Positions 33,601-41,464 of a DNA stretch of 41,464 bases are shown here, piece by piece. The position numbers were made by a program, and so were the translations under genes. Numbering within the stretch: position 1 is the first letter of the stretch; the number at the start of each line of letters is the position of its first letter. Below the pieces are notes generated by a model. That model worked only from the letters and a program-made list of their open reading frames with translations. It did not search any database and was not told the origin of the DNA. Origin of the DNA: a virus (taxonomy: Duplodnaviria > Caudoviricetes); IMG/VR virus record IMGVR_UViG_3300011334_000144, positions 1-41,464 of that record. One strand, 5' to 3'.

Positions 33601-35222
33601 CTAGAGCTGATGCTCTTAAAGGTGTCAAGGATGTACTCTATAACGTAGAGCGTCGCTCCAATGCAGCGCATATGCTACGCTTTGTATCACCATTCTTCTC
33701 TGCACAAGAGAATGCAGTAAAGACATGGTTCGGCATTGCAATGGATAAGCCTCAGATTCTTAACCGTGCTAACATTGTATGGAATGCACCTAACCGTGCA
33801 GGATTAATTACAGATGAAAATGGCGACCCAGTCGGCACAGATAATCCATTGAGTCCTAACGATACAATGTGGCTACCAGTTCCTAAGGGACTAAAGAAAC
33901 TTCCAATCATTGGTGAGGGATTATCCTCACTTGACCAGATTGGTATTAGCAAGCGAAGCCTAGATGTTATCTTCCAAGGTAACCCATTCGGTGTATCTGT
34001 TGGACCGTTTGCTGCTATTCCAGTAGCCAACATTCTGAAGTTAAAGCCAGAATTAGCTGAGGTTGTATCCTTTGCATTCCCATATGGACCTGACGCATCA
34101 CTAAATCAGTTCCTACCTACATGGATGCGTAACGGAATCAAGGCTGTACAAGGCCTCAACAACGATGATTATGCTAAGACATACCAACTTATCTGGTTAA
34201 CTGAGCAGCAGAAGGCACAAGAAGCAGGTACTCCATACCTAACTGATAGTCAAATCAAGAAGAAGACTGACGCATTCTATAAGATGCGTGTAGCAGCTAA
34301 CCTTATCTTGCCATTCGCACCACAGTTTGAAAGCCCATATCGTTTCTATATGGACAAGTGGCGTGAGTACAGCCGTACATATGGCTTGGGTGCAGATGCT
34401 AAGTTCCTTGCAGATTATCCAGAATACTTTGAATTTGCTACATCTTTGTCTAAGAACCCTACAGGTTCACAGGCTACAATGGATGATGTGCAGAACGCAA
34501 AGCGTTACACCGACTTAATCGCAGATGTATCAGGCGACAACATGAAGTTAGTTGGACTTATTACTCAGGGCTCTAATGCTGCTAAGTATAATCCAACAGC
34601 ATACTGGTGGCAATCAGAGACATCTATCTCTCCAGGTACGCCTGAGAAGTTCCGCGGTAAGCAAGACCCTAAAGAAGCACAGCAACAGAATGCATCTCGT
34701 GAGGGTTGGGCTAAGTATCGCCGTGCTATGGCTATCATTGATGCACATCTTGAAAAGCGCGGACTAACATCCTTGACTCAGAATGGTGCAGAAGACTTAC
34801 TTGCTGCAAAGCAGTCAGTTATCCAGTCACTAGCATCTGATATTGACCCAGTAAGTGGACAGCCTACAGGTGTTGCTAGTGCATGGTACCAGGACTACAA
34901 GGATATTGACGGTACTAAGACAACTAAGACAGTTGCTGGATTTAAGAAGATTCTATCTAACGATAAGTTCATGGCAGATAATGGTGATGACCCAACATGG
35001 AAGTCACTTGCATTATACATGAAGGTACGTGATAGTATTGCAACCACACTACGTGGACGTCCGTCTAAGAATATTGATGCTAAGGAGAACGCTGACATAC
35101 GTATTGTTCTTGATTATTATGTGAATCAACTCAAGGCTGGCGACTTAGAATTCGCTAACATCTATGACAGATTCTTATCACAAGATATAATCTACGACAA
35201 ATATCTAGGTTCAGGACTATAA
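30606..35222 (+). CDS. Large internal virion (ejection) protein, putative
   Basis: 1538 aa, helical, between portal and scaffold; no tape-measure context. Function inferred. Confidence 0.65.
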   Translation: MSIWNRIGDLAKGTRDWGLDVALSLPVISVPKFAWDIATAPWNDREEYNGVLSTFKQASIDLGKNTLRPIGGVLAAVEVTNRNLLREPLSAVTLFAQNKGNESISESWKKAWEARNEISFGQALTSQFGQALSFLPDDLTPTFMDSDFDIYDDKQREAAFNDSLMGKGISGTIDTITQFAADVSIVGGKFVATARAADSAKDAIVALREVRSGIPTTNPLAKKYDLLADDFAKNDIAWAQNHPWVKGSNNQATVSYLLGTTATKEEAINTMLAVMGDKSGVDILDTLNRPDIAAPLRIANGELSMSDYKVLLNEEAKLVTDTTDDMLQFALRSPEEIQADRDFISAWAKHDRYVDTLLGIAEEPAMVEGVSKIGQATGKFLATARSVPYHSNAVADAKVTMYQPTPFHKLYYKVTWGQRERPSGVINLNEGDSIREVTAVTDRLIQLSKVMPKNPAAFITKAQEGTFTNVDAISYVERYAAASTPEARARVINELEQTGYRIIAAKHGLTAQDAEDLFNYHTQLRAGKLRESKEEGFMWDHELNQMIKVPLFESQTANFLPIADFDTIDAVIKQNNSALRAVAGSVHDKIALTSDLWKAAVLLRLGYPIRNAVDSQLRIWATVGAMASLRHAGEGLRDLVDNTRAMKKRMVDNYNAPGATDYKKVKGELQLTGAEIARLTKEVEALDARLILEPDNADVIGELVVKRKALETANAVYDSNNATLTKLEQAKVASRKKRIGEKDIDLASTVDGVDGKKYTVYGAFGGPNGGLFRELNSSQQTFYSLMEDYSTIYGANVASKGRGAVRPGDVNYYQEWTNAINETFANAVVPRGLMAGKSVDEVAKELAENKELRARLGIARADSLEYVVTAQKFLDNYIPDGYGIREKIMSALPGEEAGKVTEDFLRNAVRDPNALPIVHGHLLEANMNLKPRAISRQITSSLFKYLAQIPEDNWARHPLFIDLYEKSLQKRLETAEFLKGGTFSREEFADLQYKLTAGARADALKGVKDVLYNVERRSNAAHMLRFVSPFFSAQENAVKTWFGIAMDKPQILNRANIVWNAPNRAGLITDENGDPVGTDNPLSPNDTMWLPVPKGLKKLPIIGEGLSSLDQIGISKRSLDVIFQGNPFGVSVGPFAAIPVANILKLKPELAEVVSFAFPYGPDASLNQFLPTWMRNGIKAVQGLNNDDYAKTYQLIWLTEQQKAQEAGTPYLTDSQIKKKTDAFYKMRVAANLILPFAPQFESPYRFYMDKWREYSRTYGLGADAKFLADYPEYFEFATSLSKNPTGSQATMDDVQNAKRYTDLIADVSGDNMKLVGLITQGSNAAKYNPTAYWWQSETSISPGTPEKFRGKQDPKEAQQQNASREGWAKYRRAMAIIDAHLEKRGLTSLTQNGAEDLLAAKQSVIQSLASDIDPVSGQPTGVASAWYQDYKDIDGTKTTKTVAGFKKILSNDKFMADNGDDPTWKSLALYMKVRDSIATTLRGRPSKNIDAKENADIRIVLDYYVNQLKAGDLEFANIYDRFLSQDIIYDKYLGSGL

Positions 35223-35223
35223 T

Positions 35224-36234
35224 ATGGCAACTACTGAAGAACTATTAGCCCGTAAGAAGTGGCTTTCTAACAAGATTGCCTCTATTGCTAAGGTGGACAT
35301 TACAGCAACTACTGCTGCAAAGCGTCTTGCTTCATTGAAGGAATCAGAGAAGTATCGTAAAGAACTATCAGACATCAATAGTCAGTTATCAGGCAAGCCA
35401 AAGACTCCTCCCAAGAAGACTAATGCTGCACCACTAGACACTGGTATTAAGATTGCAGAGAATGCGCCTGCTGGTATTACTCAGGATGTAGCCGCTGACT
35501 TGGCAGTAGCAGGATTTGCAGTAGCAGATAGTGCTATCTGGCAGCAAGGCGGAATCGGAAGCACAGCACTTGTATATCTGGGTGAAACCAATAAGCCTGG
35601 TGGATTAGTGATGAAGGGTGGGAAGCCTGTATCTACAGTTATCCCTACGCTTAAGCCAACTAACACAATGATTAATGACTTCTGGAATGACTCTGCTCTA
35701 CAGAAGAAGATTATCGGAGCATACGCTGCTAAGGGCAAGACTATTGGTCAGGTCGAAGCATTCGGTATCTGGTCTCAACTAGTCAATACTGCAGCAACTA
35801 TCTACCAAGGTGGACGTGGTGCTAAGGTTACTCCATTGCAGTTGCTAACTGATACACTAAAGAGCGTCAAGGGTGATGAGGCAACTCTACCAACCCGTGC
35901 TATCTCTAAGATTGACAAGGGTATCTTTAATGAGTTTATGGATAAGTTGGCATTGAGCGAAATCGGTATGGCCTTAACTCAAGATGTTAAGAACAAGTAC
36001 TATGATGAATTTAATAAACTCAATACTGGAACTTTAACTGAGTACAAGAAGGTTAAGAACCCAAAGACAGGCAAACTGGAAAATGTTCAAACCACAACAC
36101 CTGGTCTAACTGAAGCTGATATGACTGCACGTGCAAAGGCTAAGTTAAAGAAAGAAAACCCTCAGCAGTACGAACTCAATATGGGATTAAACTTCGTAAA
36201 TGACTTCAAGAGTATCATGGCAGGTGGCATCTAA
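35224..36234 (+). CDS. Putative internal virion protein
   Basis: 336 aa in the coupled structural operon. Confidence 0.6.
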   Translation: MATTEELLARKKWLSNKIASIAKVDITATTAAKRLASLKESEKYRKELSDINSQLSGKPKTPPKKTNAAPLDTGIKIAENAPAGITQDVAADLAVAGFAVADSAIWQQGGIGSTALVYLGETNKPGGLVMKGGKPVSTVIPTLKPTNTMINDFWNDSALQKKIIGAYAAKGKTIGQVEAFGIWSQLVNTAATIYQGGRGAKVTPLQLLTDTLKSVKGDEATLPTRAISKIDKGIFNEFMDKLALSEIGMALTQDVKNKYYDEFNKLNTGTLTEYKKVKNPKTGKLENVQTTTPGLTEADMTARAKAKLKKENPQQYELNMGLNFVNDFKSIMAGGI

Positions 36235-37160
36235 TGGCAGGCGCATTTGATAAAGACACATTAAACCCAGCTACACCTACAGATGTGTCTACTGCTTTAA
36301 AGCCAGTAGATGCATTCCAGGGTACTGACCTTCAAGATGAAATTGCAATGATTCTTGCGCTAAAGGATACAGACAGCAAACTTCAAGAAGCATGGCAGGC
36401 ATACCTCAACAACAACGTAGCACTATTCCGTGCTAAAGTTCTTGAGAGTGATTTCTATAGAAATAACAATGCTATTGCTCGTCAGCGTAAGACTGCAGCC
36501 AAGGCTCAACCTGGTGCCTATGCTAAAGAGTTAGACGCATATAAGATAACAGCAAAGAAGCGTCTTATTGCTGCTGGCATTCAATGGACTCCTGGTGTCG
36601 AAAAGCAAGTTACATTTGCTTATGAGAATGGTATGTCTGAAGACCAGGTTGATTCTATTATCATTAAGTCTGGAGAAGTAAAGGGTATTGGTGGTTCAAC
36701 ACTAGGCTCTATCTCTGAACTTCAAAGTTATGCTCGCGCATATGGTGTAGACAAGTTGCTTAATAAGACATGGTGGGATACCAAGTCACAGCAAATCTTT
36801 ACTGGCGATACAACTATTGATGACATTCAACAGAGCATCAAGGAACTATCAGCTAGTGCATACCCAGCATACGCTGATGGTATTATGAAGAATATATCTC
36901 TTGCAGCTCAAGCATCAAACGTTACACAAACCGTTGCCGCTCTCCTAGAGATTGACCCTGATACATTGTCATTTGATGACCCTCGTGTACAAAAGATTGT
37001 TAACTATGTCAATCCTGCAACTGGCAAGCCAGAGAAGATGCCACAATGGATGGTAAATAAAACTGTTAAGTCTATGGAAGGCTGGGCAGAAACAGACAAT
37101 GGACGTCAGGCTATTGATGACCTATCACTTAAGGTACTACGAGATTGGGGACTAGCATAA
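36234..37160 (+). CDS. Putative internal virion protein
   Basis: 308 aa; TAATG coupled. Confidence 0.6.
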   Translation: MAGAFDKDTLNPATPTDVSTALKPVDAFQGTDLQDEIAMILALKDTDSKLQEAWQAYLNNNVALFRAKVLESDFYRNNNAIARQRKTAAKAQPGAYAKELDAYKITAKKRLIAAGIQWTPGVEKQVTFAYENGMSEDQVDSIIIKSGEVKGIGGSTLGSISELQSYARAYGVDKLLNKTWWDTKSQQIFTGDTTIDDIQQSIKELSASAYPAYADGIMKNISLAAQASNVTQTVAALLEIDPDTLSFDDPRVQKIVNYVNPATGKPEKMPQWMVNKTVKSMEGWAETDNGRQAIDDLSLKVLRDWGLA

Positions 37161-38746
37161 TGGCTACTGAGATAGATACATCTAGCGCAGTTGATGTAAT
37201 AACTCGTTTAAATGAATTATCAACTAAGTCAAGAATCGGAACCGCTGGCATCGGACCTGACATTGGAAAAGAATTTAAAGGTGGATTAACTGCTGCAGAA
37301 AATGAAGAATTTGATAGACTTGCAAAAATCATTGAACCTTTATTGAAGCAACAAAAAGTTTATGGGATTAAGAATCCTGATGGAACAACAACTTATAGTT
37401 TCACTAATCCCAAGGCAGAAGCAGAACTGCAGTATACTCAGCAATATGGAATGAATAAGGAACTTCTACCAGCGGGGACTTCACCTTATGCTAGAGGAAA
37501 AGTATTAAACTGGGACCAAAAGCAAAAAGCAATGCAATATATAGAAGGATTGCGTTCTAAGTACGATTCTCTTTCATATGCAGAAAAACAAAAATTTGAT
37601 GCAGTTCAAAGAAATCTTTATGCTTCAATATTAGTCAATGAAGATAATCCTAATCCAGCAGGCGAAAAAGCAATAGATATCTTTGATAATAGTATAACTT
37701 CTTTACAGGGTTCTATGCTTAAGCAACCAGGAGCAACTGGTGCAATGGATACAACTGAAGATAATACAACTGTAACCACTTCAAATCTTGTAACAGATAC
37801 AAATAAAATTCTTCCTCCTGGAGTAACAGTCACAAGTACATATATTGACCCTAAGACTGGTGACACCGTTGGAGTATTAAGCAACGGAACAACTAAGGTT
37901 TTATCTGCTGGAAACACCCTGCAGACTAATAGAGTTTCTACAATGAATACTCTAATTGATAGATTCAATAAGTATGGCCTATCAACTCTTGCTAATAAGA
38001 TTAAAGAGCTTGCAATTGATGGAGCGACTGAGTCTACAATTACATTGCAACTGCAAGAGACTCCAGAATATCAGCAACGATTTTCTGCTAACGCGGCACG
38101 TATCAAGCAAGGACTCCAGGTTCTAAATCCTGCTGAGTACCTTAGCCTTGAAGATGGATATCGTCAGGTGTTACGCGCTTATGGTCTAAAGGCTTTTGAT
38201 ACTGATGCATATGTACAGCAATTTATTGCTAACGATGTATCTGCAGCAGAACTTTCTAACCGCGTAGTTACAGCAGTACAGCGTGTTCAGAATGCAGACC
38301 CTGCCGTACAGCAGCAGTTACGCGATTACTATGGCATTGGTCAGCAAGACCTTGTGGCATATGTACTTGACCCACAACAGCAGTTCCAGAAGATTGAACG
38401 TCAAGTTGCAGCATCTGAAATTGGTGTAGCAGCAGGACGTCAAGGACTTAAGCCTGGCGTTGCAGTTGCAGAACAACTTGCTGCACAAGGTGTTACACAA
38501 GCAGAAGCACAGAAGGGCTATGCAACTATTGCAGACATCCTTCCAACTGCTGAGAAGTTGTCTAGCATCTATGGCAAGACAATGGATACTTATGGTCAGT
38601 CAGAAGCTGAGCAAGAAGTATTTAATAGTCTAGCATCTGCACAGCGTAAGCGTGAAAAACTTACTGCACGCGAACTGGCATCCTTTAGTGGTGCTGCTGG
38701 TACAAACAAAACAAGTCTTACGACATCAAGCGTAGGGCAATTCTAG
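37160..38746 (+). CDS. Putative internal virion protein
   Basis: Start by TAATG overlap at 37160; A/Q-rich helical C-half. Confidence 0.65.
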   Translation: MATEIDTSSAVDVITRLNELSTKSRIGTAGIGPDIGKEFKGGLTAAENEEFDRLAKIIEPLLKQQKVYGIKNPDGTTTYSFTNPKAEAELQYTQQYGMNKELLPAGTSPYARGKVLNWDQKQKAMQYIEGLRSKYDSLSYAEKQKFDAVQRNLYASILVNEDNPNPAGEKAIDIFDNSITSLQGSMLKQPGATGAMDTTEDNTTVTTSNLVTDTNKILPPGVTVTSTYIDPKTGDTVGVLSNGTTKVLSAGNTLQTNRVSTMNTLIDRFNKYGLSTLANKIKELAIDGATESTITLQLQETPEYQQRFSANAARIKQGLQVLNPAEYLSLEDGYRQVLRAYGLKAFDTDAYVQQFIANDVSAAELSNRVVTAVQRVQNADPAVQQQLRDYYGIGQQDLVAYVLDPQQQFQKIERQVAASEIGVAAGRQGLKPGVAVAEQLAAQGVTQAEAQKGYATIADILPTAEKLSSIYGKTMDTYGQSEAEQEVFNSLASAQRKREKLTARELASFSGAAGTNKTSLTTSSVGQF

Positions 38747-38863
38747 AATCCTGAACGGACCTATCGGCCCCGTCAGCGTAATAGACCGATAGTAGGAGCC
38801 AGCCAGTTTCCCCGAACTGAACTGTGGCCTGCGAACTAACAACGAATAGAAGGGTGGGTTGCT

Positions 38864-39337
38864 ATGAGCAACAACTACTGGGACGAAGAAGACGATGACC
38901 TCGATACCGACAATGAGGCACAAATGGATGGCAGTGACTTACTTAAAAAGTTACGCAAAGCCAAGCGTGCTGATGAAAAGCGTATTAAGGAACTCACTGA
39001 GCAACTTGAGGGATTTTCCAAGGCGCAGCGTGAGTCAACCGTCAAGTCAGTCTTAGAAAAGAAGGGTGTAAACCAAAAGGCAGCACGTCTAATCCTTAAG
39101 GATTTAGATGGAGATTTCTCTGAGGAATCAGTTTCAAACTGGCTCAACGAGAACGGCGAACTATTTGGCTTAGAAGTAGCTGAGAAGCAAGATGAACAAA
39201 ACCTTGCAACTCTACGTCAACAGGACGTTATGACTCAGAAAGCATTTACACCAGACAGAGCACAGGACTTAGAGCAGCGCATGGATAATGCAGGCTCTAT
39301 GGAGGAACTCCTCTCCCTGATGCAGTCACAACAATAA
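38864..39337 (+). CDS. Scaffolding protein (duplicate copy in overlap)
   Basis: Identical translation to 951..1424. Confidence 0.75.
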   Translation: MSNNYWDEEDDDLDTDNEAQMDGSDLLKKLRKAKRADEKRIKELTEQLEGFSKAQRESTVKSVLEKKGVNQKAARLILKDLDGDFSEESVSNWLNENGELFGLEVAEKQDEQNLATLRQQDVMTQKAFTPDRAQDLEQRMDNAGSMEELLSLMQSQQ

Positions 39338-39368
39338 TATCCGTTCATAGTCAAGGAGACTAAAAAAC

Positions 39369-40571
39369 ATGGCAAACGCATATACAGATACCTCGAGCGG
39401 TTCGTTCGGCGGTACAGTAGGCGGCGCTGGTCTCGTACAAAAGGCATACGACCGCCTTCTCGAGTTCGCTCTCCGTTCAGAACCCCTAATTCGTTCTGTC
39501 GCAGATAAGCGCCCAGCAAAGCAAGCAATCCCAGGCTCAACAGTAGTTCTACAGAAGTACGTTGACCTAGATGCAAAGACATCAACACTAACAGAGACTG
39601 TTGACCCAGATGCAGTAGCATTGTCAACACCAACATCTGTTACAGTAACACTTAATGAGTACGGTAACGCAGTTCTAGTAACTCGCGCATTGGAACTCTT
39701 CTCACTTGCAGACGTAGACCCAGCAATTGCTAACATGATTGCATACAACTTGGCAGATTCAATCGACCAGGTTGCAATGACAACTCTACGCTCAGGTTCA
39801 AACAACATCTACGCAGGTAACGCAACAGCGACTGCTAACGTAGATGCAGCAGATACACTGGACTCAGCAGACATTCGTCGCGCTGTAGCAAAGTTGCGTT
39901 CTAACAAGGCCAAGGGCCGTCGCGGAAACGCATACTGGACAGGTATCCACCCACAGGTTTCACACGACCTTCGTGCAGAAACAGGCGACCTCGGATGGCG
40001 CTACCCTCAGGCACAGTCTGCTTCAGAAGCAAGCAAGATTTGGGCTGGAGAAATTGGTGAGTACGAAGGCGCATTCTTCGTAGAGTCACCACGTCTATAC
40101 AATGCTAAGACTGGCGCAGACCAGACAGCACTAGCAACAACAGCAGTAACAGTTGCAGGAACATCAGCAGGATTTACATTCGGCGTTGCTTCATCATCTG
40201 TTATCGCAACTCGTGCAGAAGCAGGAGACAAGATTGCAGGAACAGGTATCGCTTCAGGTGCTAAGATTACTGCTATCTCAACATCAGGTTCAACAACAAC
40301 AATCACTGTAGATACAGCAAATACTGCTGCAGTTACAGCAACAACAGTTGTTACAGTTACACCAGTAACTCGCGTATTCGATACAATCGTTTGCGGTTCA
40401 CAGGCAATGGCAGAAGCCGTAGCTGAAGAGCCACACGTAGTTATCGGTAACGTAACTGATAAGTTGATGCGTTTCCGCCCAATGGGTTGGTACGGCGTAC
40501 TTGGCTTCGCAGTGTACCGTGATGAGGCTCTATACCGCATCACATCAGGTTCATCAATCGCTGCTAACTAG
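39369..40571 (+). CDS. Major capsid protein (duplicate copy in overlap)
   Basis: Identical translation to 1456..2658. Confidence 0.9.
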   Translation: MANAYTDTSSGSFGGTVGGAGLVQKAYDRLLEFALRSEPLIRSVADKRPAKQAIPGSTVVLQKYVDLDAKTSTLTETVDPDAVALSTPTSVTVTLNEYGNAVLVTRALELFSLADVDPAIANMIAYNLADSIDQVAMTTLRSGSNNIYAGNATATANVDAADTLDSADIRRAVAKLRSNKAKGRRGNAYWTGIHPQVSHDLRAETGDLGWRYPQAQSASEASKIWAGEIGEYEGAFFVESPRLYNAKTGADQTALATTAVTVAGTSAGFTFGVASSSVIATRAEAGDKIAGTGIASGAKITAISTSGSTTTITVDTANTAAVTATTVVTVTPVTRVFDTIVCGSQAMAEAVAEEPHVVIGNVTDKLMRFRPMGWYGVLGFAVYRDEALYRITSGSSIAAN

Positions 40572-40640
40572 TAGTTAATTGACTCTTGTGGAGAGGGGTA
40601 AAACTCTCTCCACTTGGGTGAGTCCACTAAAGGAGAAGCA

Positions 40641-40910
40641 ATGACAGAATATATCTTCGAGACACCAACTGTCGATGAAGGATTTGAAGGAGTTCAGCGA
40701 CTCTTTACATTCTACAAACTAACACGTGGAATCAGTATCATTAGAGTTAATGGACAGTACCGTCAGGTCCGCTATCCATATGATGGTGACTTAGATACCT
40801 ATCAAGAAGTTTATCTTGGTGGCAGCAAGTATACTGTAGATGAGGCAACTCGAGAGAACTTAATCAACGGAGACGTTGGAGTGACAACGGATAACTTCAC
40901 GGCAATATAG
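40641..40910 (+). CDS. Hypothetical protein (duplicate of 2728..2997)
   Basis: Identical translation. Confidence 0.75.
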   Translation: MTEYIFETPTVDEGFEGVQRLFTFYKLTRGISIIRVNGQYRQVRYPYDGDLDTYQEVYLGGSKYTVDEATRENLINGDVGVTTDNFTAI

Positions 40911-40917
40911 GGGACAT

Positions 40918-41364
40918 ATGGGACACGAACATGCAAGCAAAGTTCTTGAATGGGCATATAGGTTAGTCGATGGAGATATGATTCCATACGCCGCACTTTA
41001 TGGGTGCGTCGGATGTGAAGCAACATCATCTGAACCGTTCCCTGACGAGAACAATATCTTTATAGACCACACCAAGTGCGGTCCTGATTGCTTTGGCTGT
41101 AAAGCCAGAGGACTTCAGATGAATACTGGCGATGCTAATAGTCAGAGAAATGCTCCACGTAAGCGTTTCGAAAGTGAACTATCTGCATATGCCAATGCGA
41201 AGGCACAAGGCATTCAGCCTGGTGGAACTTCGATGGAGAAGATTCGTGAGGCAGAACGTGCCTCCGAAGTATTGAATAAGCCGTACAACGCTGAATCAAT
41301 GCCAGATGCAAAGCACGTAAACAAATCAACCGCAGCGGTAATGAAAGAGATAGGACAAGTATAA
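40918..41364 (+). CDS. Hypothetical protein (duplicate of 3005..3451)
   Basis: Identical translation. Confidence 0.75.
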   Translation: MGHEHASKVLEWAYRLVDGDMIPYAALYGCVGCEATSSEPFPDENNIFIDHTKCGPDCFGCKARGLQMNTGDANSQRNAPRKRFESELSAYANAKAQGIQPGGTSMEKIREAERASEVLNKPYNAESMPDAKHVNKSTAAVMKEIGQV

Positions 41365-41464
41365 TGTCAGCAAAAGGTGAGAAGTACAAGTCAATGGCAG
41401 CCATGAAGATGCACGAAAAGGGCGAAGGCAAGAAGGAACGTATGATGGAATACGGACCAAAGAA

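Larger units (their letters stand above)
37914..41464. repeat. Terminal direct repeat, copy 2 (matches 1-3551)
   Basis: Same sequence and ORF translations at offset 37,913. Confidence 0.97.

Noticed and set aside
30606-35222. Tape measure protein or virion RNA polymerase
   Set aside because: No tail tube or chaperone context, and no polymerase catalytic motifs recognised. An ejection protein is more plausible.
37914-41464. 3551-bp repeat as a biological long terminal repeat or capsid-gene duplication
   Set aside because: It appears identical, begins and ends mid-gene and coincides with the window edges. Circular assembly overlap is the simplest explanation.
1-41464. Alternative genetic code or stop-codon reassignment
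   Set aside because: Genes tile densely under code 11, and TAA, TAG and TGA are all used as real stops.

Overview
Apparently complete ~37.9 kb tailed-phage genome. Bases 1-3551 recur at 37914-41464 (offset 37,913), which looks like circular-assembly overlap. Gene content points to a lytic, podovirus-like phage of Actinobacteria: WhiB, split primase, sigma-like factor, M15-type lysin, no tape measure, integrase, DNA polymerase or tRNA recognised. The low-GC look suggests a freshwater low-GC actinobacterial host (inference). There are three arms. (1) Late/structural, + strand, 25409 through the repeat to 12491: terminase, portal, HslV/proteasome-beta-like protease, internal virion proteins, scaffold, capsid, a chain of Lys-rich microproteins, tail genes, a glycosyltransferase and lysis genes. 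(2) Replication/transcription, + strand, 12907-18807: split Cas4/RecB-like nuclease, DnaB-like helicase, resolvase, split primase, DUF1599-like protein, C5 methylase, nuclease-like protein and sigma factor. (3) Early/host-takeover, - strand, 24267 down to 18861: amidoligase plus GATase-II, WhiB, secreted transglycosylase and small proteins. Most interesting signals: a 1.1 kb control region with three perfect CRP boxes, eight 11-bp-phased TCTCAG (MprA-box-like) repeats and GACAC motifs; a split Fe-S nuclease with a GAA-TAA-C-GAA hop-like junction; an inverted pair of AT-rich hairpin elements bracketing the non-structural arms; several candidate structured RNAs; and a gapless, translationally coupled array of basic microproteins. 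Family calls come from motif recognition by eye, not from database searches.
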